A program made the position numbers and the translations under genes. The notes below the pieces were generated by a model that saw nothing but the letters and a program-made list of their open reading frames with translations, was not told the DNA's origin and made no database searches. This document shows, one piece after another, positions 6,814-15,080 of a stretch of DNA of 50,200 bases. This DNA is from a virus (Duplodnaviria; Heunggongvirae; Uroviricota; Caudoviricetes), in the IMG/VR virus record IMGVR_UViG_3300021399_000001, positions 133,905 to 184,104 of that record. One strand, given 5' to 3'. Position 1 is the stretch's first letter. The number at the start of each line of letters is the position of its first letter.

Positions 6814-8676
6814 GTGACTCAAAATTATGACATTAACTCCATTGAAAGTTTAGACTTTCGGACTGGCGTTCGTACCCGCATACAAATGTATTTAGGTTCA
6901 GACGATATAGAAGGAACTTATCAGGCTTTAAAGGAAATTATAAATAATAGCACTGATGAAGCTCTTGCGGGTTTTGGCAAGCGTATTGAAATTGATGTAG
7001 ATGAAAAAGAAAATGCTGTTATGGTGCGCGATTATGGCCGTGGCGTTCCTTTTGGTATTCGTGAGAATGGTGAAAATGTATTAGTTTCCGTCTACACTCA
7101 ATCTCATACCGGTGGCAAGTTTAATCATAATGCCTATAAAAATTCTAGTGGTCTTAATGGCTTGGGTGCAAGCTGTACTTGTCTATCTTCTGAAAAATTT
7201 GAAGTTCAAAGTAATCGTGATGGCAAATGTGCCTGTGCTTTCTTTGAAAAAGGTAATCTAGTTACCTATAAAGAAGGAACTACAAAAGATGCCAATGGTA
7301 CTTATGTGCGCTTTAAGCCTGACCCAGAAGTATTTTCTAATGGAGAAATTGGATATTCTTATGAGCGCATTTGCGCGGACATCAAAGATATTTCATATCT
7401 ATATCCTGGCATTGAATTTATAGTTTCTTGCGGAAAAGAAACTAAAACTTATTGTGCCAAAGAAGGAATTGTAGATTTCGTAAAGGAAATGGTTCAAAAG
7501 CCACTACAAAAACATATTATTACCGGTTCTGCTACTGATGGAACAGACACGGTAGAAATCGCTTTTCAATGGGGAACTAAGCATGAAACTCCATATGTAT
7601 TTGTAAATGGTCTTCGTTGTCCTGAATTGGGGACTCCTGTTACTGGCGCTCGCGCAGCTATAACCAAGACTTTTAATAATCTATCTGGCCAGAATTTTGA
7701 AGGAGAATATATTCGTAAGAATTTATTTTATGTAGTTAATTGTAAAGTAGAAAATCCTTCATTTGCTAACCAAACAAAAACCAAGATTAATAATCCTTCT
7801 CTACGCACACTAGCTACAACTGCTTTTACCGCCGCCTTAAAAGAAATGAACATTAAATATAATAGTGAATTTACCACTATTGTAGAAATGTTAAAGAAAA
7901 TTGAAAAGGCAGAAGCTGCGGCTGAAAAAGCTCGTAATGCTGTCCTTAACATGGAAAAGAAGGAGACGGAGCATAAGAAACAAAAGATTACTTCTTCTGA
8001 TAAGTTTAAGGATTGTGAAAAGCATGGACAGGATTCTATGCTAATTGTATGCGAGGGTAATTCTGCTCTCGGTGGACTTCTTCCCGCACGAGATGTCAAT
8101 ACAGAAGCACTATATGCCGTTCGCGGAAAAGTCAAAAATCTTTTGAAGCATCCACTCGACGAGTGTCTTGAAAATCAAGAAGTGTCTGATATTATTATGG
8201 CACTTGGATGTGGCATCCAAAATCGTTATAATAGTAAGAAATTAAATTATGGTAAGGTTGCTATCGCAGTTGACGCTGATGTTGACGGTTATAATATTAT
8301 GTGTCTCGTAGCAACAATGTTCTATGTATTGATGCCAGAGTTTATTCTTGAGAATAGACTTTGTTGGCTACGTGCACCACTTTATCGTCTTACTAAGGGT
8401 GAAAAGAGAATATTTGCTTATACAGAAGAAGAAGCAGCTGAATTAAGAAAGAAGTATCCTACTTGGGAGCAAGGTTATAATAAAGGCTTGGGTGAAATGA
8501 GCGCTCTTGATATGGAAAATTCTATGATGCATCCTACTGAACGCAGGCTTGAGGTGTTAAGTATTAAAGATGCTGAAGCCGCGGCGGATAGTCTTAAAAT
8601 GCTGATGGGCGAAGATGTAGAAGGCAGAAAAGAATTTCTTTTTGAAAATGTAGATTTTTCTATACTTAATAGATAA
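6814..8676 (+). CDS. gyrB: type IIA topoisomerase subunit B (GyrB/ParE)
   Basis: GHKL motifs EIINNSTDE, DYGRGVP, HTGGKF and GLNGLG. TOPRIM motifs EGNSA, RGK, DADVDG. Also YNKGLGEM. Confidence 0.95.
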   Translation: MTQNYDINSIESLDFRTGVRTRIQMYLGSDDIEGTYQALKEIINNSTDEALAGFGKRIEIDVDEKENAVMVRDYGRGVPFGIRENGENVLVSVYTQSHTGGKFNHNAYKNSSGLNGLGASCTCLSSEKFEVQSNRDGKCACAFFEKGNLVTYKEGTTKDANGTYVRFKPDPEVFSNGEIGYSYERICADIKDISYLYPGIEFIVSCGKETKTYCAKEGIVDFVKEMVQKPLQKHIITGSATDGTDTVEIAFQWGTKHETPYVFVNGLRCPELGTPVTGARAAITKTFNNLSGQNFEGEYIRKNLFYVVNCKVENPSFANQTKTKINNPSLRTLATTAFTAALKEMNIKYNSEFTTIVEMLKKIEKAEAAAEKARNAVLNMEKKETEHKKQKITSSDKFKDCEKHGQDSMLIVCEGNSALGGLLPARDVNTEALYAVRGKVKNLLKHPLDECLENQEVSDIIMALGCGIQNRYNSKKLNYGKVAIAVDADVDGYNIMCLVATMFYVLMPEFILENRLCWLRAPLYRLTKGEKRIFAYTEEEAAELRKKYPTWEQGYNKGLGEMSALDMENSMMHPTERRLEVLSIKDAEAAADSLKMLMGEDVEGRKEFLFENVDFSILNR

Positions 8677-8685
8677 AATATAATT

Positions 8686-8811
8686 ATGAATATAGAAACA
8701 ATAATTTTTTTAATTTTACATTTAACAATTGCTTTAGTTTATTTTGGATTTTCTATTTGGTATTACAAAGAAATAAATAAAATTTATTTAAAATATAAAA
8801 ATAGTAAATAA
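8686..8811 (+). CDS. 41-aa single-TM small protein between gyrB and gyrA
   Basis: MNIETIIFLILHLTIALVYFGFSIWYYKEINKIYLKYKNSK*. No obvious RBS. Confidence 0.35.
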   Translation: MNIETIIFLILHLTIALVYFGFSIWYYKEINKIYLKYKNSK

Positions 8812-8840
8812 TTGACTTCTCTCCAAATCTATGCTATAAT
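8812..8840 (+). promoter_or_regulatory. SigA-type promoter for gyrA
   Basis: TTGACT, 17 bp spacer, TG-C-TATAAT. Confidence 0.85.
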
Positions 8841-8860
8841 ATAATAAATAAGAAAAGGAA

Positions 8861-11248
8861 GTGAACAATTTGATTTACGAAACCGATTTTCAAAAACAAA
8901 TTGAAGGAGCTTTCTTGACTTACGCCGCTTCGGTGGCACAGGAACGTGCAATACCGGATGCTAGAGACTTTCTAAAAATTGGCTTACGTCAAGGATTGTA
9001 CGCTCAATTTTCTAATAAAATAACACATAAAGACAAATTTCAGAAAGCGCAGAAGTCAGTTGCCGCGGCAATGTCTCAATCATATGTTCATGGCGATGTA
9101 GCAATGTATGATACTTTCATACGAACTGCTCGTCCTTGGTCGTATCGTTATCCTATTGAAGAAGTACAAGGTAACTATGGCAATCCATCTTCTCCAGATA
9201 GTCACGCGGCTGCGCGCTATGTTGAAATGCGTGCTGGCGAAATAGCAGATTATTTCTTTACTGGTCTAAAGAAAAATGCAATTGGAAAACAATGGTATTC
9301 CAATTATGACGATACAGATATGATTCCTTCTGTATTTCCTTCAATTGGATTTTGGAATATCGTAAATGGATGTTCTGGTATTGCTGTTGCGATGGCGACT
9401 TCAGTTCCGCAATTTAATTTACGTGAAGTTAATGAAGCGTTAATTAAGATCATTCAAAATCCTGATGTAAGTTTTAATGAAATTTATTGCGCTCCTGATT
9501 TTGCGACTGGTGGAACAATTACAAATGCCAAAGCGGTGCGCGAAAGCTTAAAAAATGGTAAGGGCGAATCTATTCGTTTAAAGGCAAAACTTGAATACTT
9601 CCCTGACCAGAATATGATTCAGGCTACTGAATTACCTTATGGTGTCTTTACAAACACTGTTATTGATCAATTAGCCGCCCTGACAAATGAAAATGAAAAT
9701 TATGGAATAGAACGAGTTGTAGACCATACCAAGAAAATGGCTGATATTCGTATTTATCTTTCAAAAGGCGCAAATCCAAAGCGAATGATAGCTAAACTTT
9801 ATAAGGATACAAGCCTTGAGAATTGGTATGCTATTAATATGATTCTACTGGATAATGGACGCTTTCCAAAGGTGTTTGGTTGGCGCGAAGCGTGCGATGC
9901 TTATATCACTCATATTCGTGATTGTAAGCGAAATATGATTCAATTTGATTTGGATAAGGCACTTGCGCGCGAAAATGTAGTAGAGGGACTTATACTCGCG
10001 GCAGCCTCTATTGATGAAGTTGTAGCAATTATTCGCTCTTCTCAAAATCCAGCAGAAGCATCAGAAAAACTTATTGCTCGTTTTAAGTTTAATGAGGAGC
10101 AGACAAAAGCAATTCTTGCTATGAAACTTTCCTCATTAACAAAAATAGATGCTATCAAATTAAATGATGAACTAGAAGAACTTAAAAGAAAAATAGAGGA
10201 GTATCGCCACTTATTATCTGATACTACCGCTTTGAATAATGAATTAATTAAAATACTACAAGTAGTGGCTGATAAATATGGCGACGCTCGTCGTACAAAG
10301 ATTCTAAATATTGTAGAAAATGAAGATAACGAGGAACAGCAGACTCAAGAAGAAGAAGTTGGCGTAATGTTATTTGATAACAATATGCTACGTCTTGTTA
10401 AGAAAGAAGATTTACAAGGTGGCAAGCGCGGTCGAAAGGGTGTAAATATTAAGCCTCCAAAGAACGCGAACTTGATTAATACTTTGTATACAACCAACCT
10501 TGGAGTTGTTGCCGCATTCACTAACGCTGGGCGTATGTATAATTTTTCTTTGGCTGATTTAGATTATGGGAAGGACTATTCTGTTTATGAACTAATTGTT
10601 CTACAAGACAATGAAAAAGTCCTACTACTAATAGATACGACTTCCTTCAACGCATATCATAATTTAGTAACCATAAGTAAGAAAGGTTATATTAAAAAGA
10701 CCGCTACTCGTGAATATAACGTTAGAGCAAAGAAGGGCACCGCTGTTATGAAGTTAGATACTGATGACAGGCTAGTAGGTGTGTATCTTTCTATGAGTGA
10801 TGAAGATAAGATTTTTATCACTAGTAGTGCTGGCAATTATAACTTCTATGAAATTGGTGAAGTTTCTGCTACTGGAAGAATGACTAAGGGTGTTAAAGCT
10901 ATTAAATTAGGAGCAACTGAAACTATTTGCGCGGCGACTCTATTCAAAAAAAATATAAGCTATCGTGGTCTTCTAACTGTTACTACTACTGGTAAAGGCA
11001 AGATTACCAAAATAGAAGATTTCAATACAACTAGTCGTGCGATTAAAGGCTCGCAAGTAATGGATTTAAAAACAGAAACTTTAGCAACAGTATTTGCTGT
11101 ACCAGAAACACAAGAAAAGATATTTATTACTACTAACAATAAAGCGGTTTTATTAAATGTTGATTCTATTCCCATTCAAAACCGTATAACTAGTGGAGTT
11201 CGCATTATTGACGCGCGAGGAGTAGAGAGTGGAATAGAGATTATGTAA
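8861..11248 (+). CDS. gyrA: type IIA topoisomerase subunit A (GyrA/ParC) with C-terminal beta-pinwheel
   Basis: RAIPDARD..K...R, HGD, AAARYVE (catalytic Tyr), GIAVAMATS, PDFATGG, and repeated pinwheel blades in the CTD. Confidence 0.95.
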   Translation: MNNLIYETDFQKQIEGAFLTYAASVAQERAIPDARDFLKIGLRQGLYAQFSNKITHKDKFQKAQKSVAAAMSQSYVHGDVAMYDTFIRTARPWSYRYPIEEVQGNYGNPSSPDSHAAARYVEMRAGEIADYFFTGLKKNAIGKQWYSNYDDTDMIPSVFPSIGFWNIVNGCSGIAVAMATSVPQFNLREVNEALIKIIQNPDVSFNEIYCAPDFATGGTITNAKAVRESLKNGKGESIRLKAKLEYFPDQNMIQATELPYGVFTNTVIDQLAALTNENENYGIERVVDHTKKMADIRIYLSKGANPKRMIAKLYKDTSLENWYAINMILLDNGRFPKVFGWREACDAYITHIRDCKRNMIQFDLDKALARENVVEGLILAAASIDEVVAIIRSSQNPAEASEKLIARFKFNEEQTKAILAMKLSSLTKIDAIKLNDELEELKRKIEEYRHLLSDTTALNNELIKILQVVADKYGDARRTKILNIVENEDNEEQQTQEEEVGVMLFDNNMLRLVKKEDLQGGKRGRKGVNIKPPKNANLINTLYTTNLGVVAAFTNAGRMYNFSLADLDYGKDYSVYELIVLQDNEKVLLLIDTTSFNAYHNLVTISKKGYIKKTATREYNVRAKKGTAVMKLDTDDRLVGVYLSMSDEDKIFITSSAGNYNFYEIGEVSATGRMTKGVKAIKLGATETICAATLFKKNISYRGLLTVTTTGKGKITKIEDFNTTSRAIKGSQVMDLKTETLATVFAVPETQEKIFITTNNKAVLLNVDSIPIQNRITSGVRIIDARGVESGIEIM

Positions 11249-11260
11249 TGGAGAAATAAT

Positions 11261-11662
11261 ATGGATAAAAGATATGTAGATTTATTTACTTTAATTGCTC
11301 AAACTACTGCTAATATAGCAGAACAAGTAATGGAAGAGCATAAGAAGAATAATGAAGAAAAGGGTTATCATACCGCAGAAACAATGCGAAATGATTTTCT
11401 TGATTTGCATGACAAGCTTGGAACTGATGAAGCATTAAACAAAGCTGATTATGCTCGTTTACTTGTAGGTACAATTATTGTTACCAATCAATTGAATGCT
11501 CGTATTGAAAATGAAAAGAAAGCGTTACATGGTTATAAGATGGATATTATTCCAAAATTAGATCAAATTAATAACGCTGATGCATCTGAAACTGAAAAGC
11601 TAGCAGAAAGTTTATTTGAAATTAAAGAAGATACAGAATCAAATGAAAAAGATTCTGAATAA
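11261..11662 (+). CDS. hypothetical helical protein
   Basis: 133-aa ORF with GGAG RBS. Confidence 0.75.
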   Translation: MDKRYVDLFTLIAQTTANIAEQVMEEHKKNNEEKGYHTAETMRNDFLDLHDKLGTDEALNKADYARLLVGTIIVTNQLNARIENEKKALHGYKMDIIPKLDQINNADASETEKLAESLFEIKEDTESNEKDSE

Positions 11663-11663
11663 T

Positions 11664-11692
11664 TTGACTTTTTTCTAAATTTATAATATAAT
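11664..11692 (+). promoter_or_regulatory. SigA-type promoter upstream of the GIY-YIG gene
   Basis: TTGACT, 17 bp spacer, TATAAT. Confidence 0.75.
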
Positions 11693-11700
11693 TATTACAG

Positions 11701-11790
11701 TAAGAGGGAAGCAAAGAATTAGCTACTCTTTGAGATAATGTGCTCCCACACAAGCCTCTTATATAATCAATATCCTGGGAGGGATTATGA
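11701..11790 (+). other. structured 5' leader RNA with an RBS-sequestering hairpin
   Basis: taagagg/cctctta (11701-07/11755-61); caaaga/tctttg (11712-17/11727-32); taatc..atcc/ggat..gatta pairing across GGAGG and the start region. Confidence 0.5.
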
Positions 11791-12476
11791 TGGGATATAT
11801 TTACAAAATCACAAATGATGTGAATGACAAAGTTTATATTGGTCAAACTACGTTATCTATTGAAACTCGCTTTAAACAACATTTATATAATTCTAATAAC
11901 AATATTAAAAACAAATTTTATAATGCTATTCGTTTAATAGGCCAAGAAATGTTTCACGTTTCTTTAATAGAAGAAATTTCAGATTCTTTATTAGATGAAA
12001 GAGAAATATATTGGATTAATTATTATAATAGTTATTATAATGGTTATAATTCTACATTAGGTGGTTGTGGCAATAAACGATTAAACGAGGGCATTGAAAA
12101 ACAAGTTTTAATATTACGGCAACAAAATAAAAAGATTTTTGAAATTTGTCAAGAATTAAAATGTAGTAGAGAAACAGTAGTTGATATTTTAAAAAATCAT
12201 AATTTAAATACCGCTCACGCTAAAGACGCTTTAATTTGTGAAATGAAAGAGGCTGGATACGGCACTGTATTAATAGCTAGTATTTTAAATTGTGGAACAA
12301 CTACAATAAATAGAGTTTTGCAGCGACTACGACCTGATTTATTAACAACAAATCAACGAGAAAATAATAAAACAAGAGCCCGCGAGCTTAGACAGCAGGG
12401 ATATACTTTAAATGAAATAGGAAAAGAATTAAAAATTTCTCGTCAAACAGTAGCAAAATATTTAACTAATATTTGA
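11787..12476 (+). CDS. free-standing GIY-YIG homing endonuclease with C-terminal HTH repeats
   Basis: GYIYKITN...VYIGQT, RFKQH, LLDEREIYWI, GYNST.GG, followed by three HTH-like segments. Confidence 0.9.
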   Translation: MMGYIYKITNDVNDKVYIGQTTLSIETRFKQHLYNSNNNIKNKFYNAIRLIGQEMFHVSLIEEISDSLLDEREIYWINYYNSYYNGYNSTLGGCGNKRLNEGIEKQVLILRQQNKKIFEICQELKCSRETVVDILKNHNLNTAHAKDALICEMKEAGYGTVLIASILNCGTTTINRVLQRLRPDLLTTNQRENNKTRARELRQQGYTLNEIGKELKISRQTVAKYLTNI

Positions 12477-12501
12477 CTTTTATATAAAAATCTGATATAA
12501 T
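12473..12501 (+). promoter_or_regulatory. SigA-type promoter
   Basis: TTGACT, 17 bp spacer, TG-A-TATAAT. Confidence 0.85.
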
Positions 12502-12584
12502 AAGATTGTAAAGAGGAAAAGGAGTAAAATTCCTGCCGCTTACAAATATAAAAACAATTATTTAATAAAGGAGATTGATGTTTT

Positions 12585-12944
12585 ATGATTACACCCAATT
12601 CAGAGCTAGTATTAAATTTTCTCAAGAAGCATTTTGGCCAGGAGTTTACCAAGAATGAGATTGCAGAGACCCTAGGTATTTCCATTCCCGCCGTTACCGG
12701 TTCTATTAATGGCCTAGTTAAGAAGGGCTATGTTACTGAGCGTCTAGAAGAGAAGGTTGTTGAGGATGCTACCGAGACTCGTAAGGCGAAGGTAAAGACT
12801 ATTCGTCATGAGACTCTAACTGAAGCTGGCCTAGCTTATGATCCAGTAGCCGAGGAAGAGGCCAAGCAGGCTGCTAAGGCTGCTGAGAAGGAGCGCAAGG
12901 CTGCTGAGCGTGCTGCTGCTAAGGCTGCCAAGGAGAACGCCTAA
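12585..12944 (+). CDS. wHTH DNA-binding protein with Ala/Lys-rich tail (nucleoid-protein-like)
   Basis: FTKNEIAETLGISIPAVTGSINGLVKKGYV wHTH and a C-terminal AAKAAEKERKAAERAAAKAAKENA tail. Strong codon bias. Confidence 0.75.
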   Translation: MITPNSELVLNFLKKHFGQEFTKNEIAETLGISIPAVTGSINGLVKKGYVTERLEEKVVEDATETRKAKVKTIRHETLTEAGLAYDPVAEEEAKQAAKAAEKERKAAERAAAKAAKENA

Positions 12945-12956
12945 TAGAATAAATGA

Positions 12957-12990
12957 GGGCGATTCCCTCGTGGAATCGCCCGTGTTTTAT
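12957..12990 (+). terminator. intrinsic terminator
   Basis: gggcgattcc-ctcgt-ggaatcgccc 10-bp stem followed by gtgttttat. Confidence 0.8.
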
Positions 12991-12991
12991 C

Positions 12992-13020
12992 TTGACAACA
13001 TATAAAAAATATGATATAAT
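12992..13020 (+). promoter_or_regulatory. SigA-type promoter for the SSB gene
   Basis: TTGACA, 17 bp spacer, TG-A-TATAAT. Confidence 0.9.
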
Positions 13021-13052
13021 AAATATAAAAGAAAAGATAAGGAGAAATAAAT

Positions 13053-13958
13053 ATGAGTAAAGATATTATGACACAAGCAAATAACAGAATTAATGTTGTT
13101 GGTAAGCTACTAGACGCAGTTATTGTTGATGATAAACTAAGCGATGGCCGCAAGTATAAGCGTGCGAATCTAACAATTCGTGTAACCCAGACTTACGGTG
13201 GACGTGAGGAAACAAGTGAGATTCCAGTAAGTATGTTCGCCGCTCAATATACTAAGCAGGATAAGCTCAATCCTGGTTATACTCAGATTGAGAATCTAGC
13301 TGAAATGAAGACAGCCCAAATGGTTGGTATCGACAATGCGGATGTTGTTCGTATATCTGGCGCAAATCTACGTGAGAACAACTTTGTTTCTCGTAATAGT
13401 GGACAGCTAATTCATGGCTGGCAGATTAATTCTAGTTTCATTAATGCTGGAGGTTCAGCAGATGTCGCTTCTTTCGTAATCGACGTTTATATTATGGATA
13501 TGAAGCCTGAAACTGACCGTGAAGGTGAAGAGACTGGTCGTCTAATTATCAAGGGTGGTATTGTTCAGTATCAGGGCAAGCTTGATGTAGTTGATTTCAT
13601 TGTAGAGAATCAGGATACCGCAGATTATATTGAGCGTAACTGGAATATTGATGACACTGTAGAGGTTCGTGGTCGTATTCGTGTTACTGCGATTGAAGAT
13701 AAGCCAAAGGCTACTGAAAGTTCTTGGGGCGAAGATGTACCCGAAGCAACAACTCGCACAGTACGTGAGCTAATTATTACCAAGGGTAGCGATGAGCCCA
13801 AGGAAGAAGAGTTCGCTTACGATAAGACTGACATCAAGAAGGCTTTCAATGTTCGTAAGGCAATGATTGAGCAGCTACAAATTGATGCCAAGAAGGGTAA
13901 TGCTCCCAAGGCTGCTAAAGAGCCAGCTAAGGCTGCTAAATCCTATGATTGGGAATAA
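13053..13958 (+). CDS. single-stranded DNA-binding protein (tandem OB-fold-like)
   Basis: Beta-rich NRINVVGKL... and TVEVRGRI segments, a flexible tail ending SYDWE, high-expression codon bias, and position before a Sak4-like gene. Confidence 0.65.
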   Translation: MSKDIMTQANNRINVVGKLLDAVIVDDKLSDGRKYKRANLTIRVTQTYGGREETSEIPVSMFAAQYTKQDKLNPGYTQIENLAEMKTAQMVGIDNADVVRISGANLRENNFVSRNSGQLIHGWQINSSFINAGGSADVASFVIDVYIMDMKPETDREGEETGRLIIKGGIVQYQGKLDVVDFIVENQDTADYIERNWNIDDTVEVRGRIRVTAIEDKPKATESSWGEDVPEATTRTVRELIITKGSDEPKEEEFAYDKTDIKKAFNVRKAMIEQLQIDAKKGNAPKAAKEPAKAAKSYDWE

Positions 13959-13982
13959 GGTGAAAACCTTATTCTCATTTTC
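13951..13982 (+). terminator. GAAA-tetraloop hairpin between the SSB and Sak4-like genes (terminator or stabiliser)
   Basis: gaataaggt-gaaa-accttattc stem followed by tcatttt. Confidence 0.55.
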
Positions 13983-13998
13983 TAAGGAGGAATAGCAT

Positions 13999-15003
13999 AT
14001 GGCAAATGATATTGATATTTTCTCTCTTGAGCCAAGTAAGATTTCTCGAGACCTAAAGGGTAAGTTCCTTTTAATTTATGGACAGCCAAAGACTGGTAAG
14101 TCTACATTTGGTTCTCAGCTACCACGTTCATTGTTCCTAAACTTTGAACAAGGCACTAATGCATTAGCTGGTATTCGTAGCGTTCCAATTCTTCGTTGGA
14201 GCGATTTCCGTAAGGTATTAACACAGTTACGTAAGCCACAGGCACGAGAAATGTATGATAGTATCGTAGTAGATACTGTCTCTATCGCCTGGCAGCTTTG
14301 TGAGAAATATATTTGTCAGCGTGAGAGCGTTGATTCTATCAGAGAAGTCCCTTGGGGCCAAGGATGGGGTATGCTACGAAATGAATTCTCAGAATGCTGG
14401 CGCGAAATTACACTTCTTGGTTTTGGTATTTTATTTATCGCGCATAGCAAGGAAAAGTCAACTGAGATGCGGGATGAAGAAGGCAATGAAATTACCGCTG
14501 TTGCCCCAGACCTTCCAAACCAGTGTTATCAGATTGTAAATAGTATTGTAGATATTATTGGATATTTACAAGTTCAAATGAACAATGATGGCACGTCTGA
14601 ACGCTACCTATATACTCGTTCTACACCAACAGTATTCGCCGGTAGTCGCTATCAATACTTGGCACCAAAGATTAAGTTTGGTTATCAAGAACTAGTCGAT
14701 GCAATTGGTGATGCAATTGACCAAGCCGTTGAAAAAGATGGAGCAGAAGTAACTGATCACACGGTTATCGCGCAGATTAAAGCTCGTCCATTTAATGAAA
14801 TCATGGAAGAAGCTAAGGCGATTTGGCAAGCTTATATTAATGAAGCTGAATCAGAAGAAGTACAGGAACAGCATTTTAATATCGCTAAAGACGTTATTAA
14901 GCGTGTATTTGGTACAGAGGCCTTTAAACTTAGTCAAGCGGTTCCCTCACAGAGTGATCTTGTTGAATTATTCATAGATGAAATGAAAGAAATCATGGAA
15001 TAA
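13999..15003 (+). CDS. AAA_24 / Sak4-like ATPase (phage recombinase or nucleotide-binding protein)
   Basis: LIYGQPKTGKSTF Walker A, IVVDTVS Walker B, ILFIAHSKE, VDIIGY. Confidence 0.8.
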   Translation: MANDIDIFSLEPSKISRDLKGKFLLIYGQPKTGKSTFGSQLPRSLFLNFEQGTNALAGIRSVPILRWSDFRKVLTQLRKPQAREMYDSIVVDTVSIAWQLCEKYICQRESVDSIREVPWGQGWGMLRNEFSECWREITLLGFGILFIAHSKEKSTEMRDEEGNEITAVAPDLPNQCYQIVNSIVDIIGYLQVQMNNDGTSERYLYTRSTPTVFAGSRYQYLAPKIKFGYQELVDAIGDAIDQAVEKDGAEVTDHTVIAQIKARPFNEIMEEAKAIWQAYINEAESEEVQEQHFNIAKDVIKRVFGTEAFKLSQAVPSQSDLVELFIDEMKEIME

Positions 15004-15004
15004 G

Positions 15005-15030
15005 AAAAGACCTGTATAGGTCTTTTTTTA
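15005..15030 (+). terminator. intrinsic terminator
   Basis: aaaagacct-gtat-aggtctttt followed by a T run. Confidence 0.8.
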
Positions 15031-15059
15031 TTGACTTTTTTACAAATCTGTGATATACT
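15031..15059 (+). promoter_or_regulatory. SigA-type promoter for the replisome operon
   Basis: TTGACT, 17 bp spacer, TG-A-TATACT. Confidence 0.8.
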
Positions 15060-15080
15060 AAATAGTAGGAGGGATGGTAT

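Noticed and set aside
7728-8135. 135-aa minus-strand ORF and similar antisense ORFs inside gyrA, recJ, dnaE and nrdD
   Set aside because: Shadow ORFs fully antisense to well-supported genes.
11693-12584. Intergenic stem-loops as tRNA genes
   Set aside because: No cloverleaf, T-loop (GTTCGA) or CCA signature.
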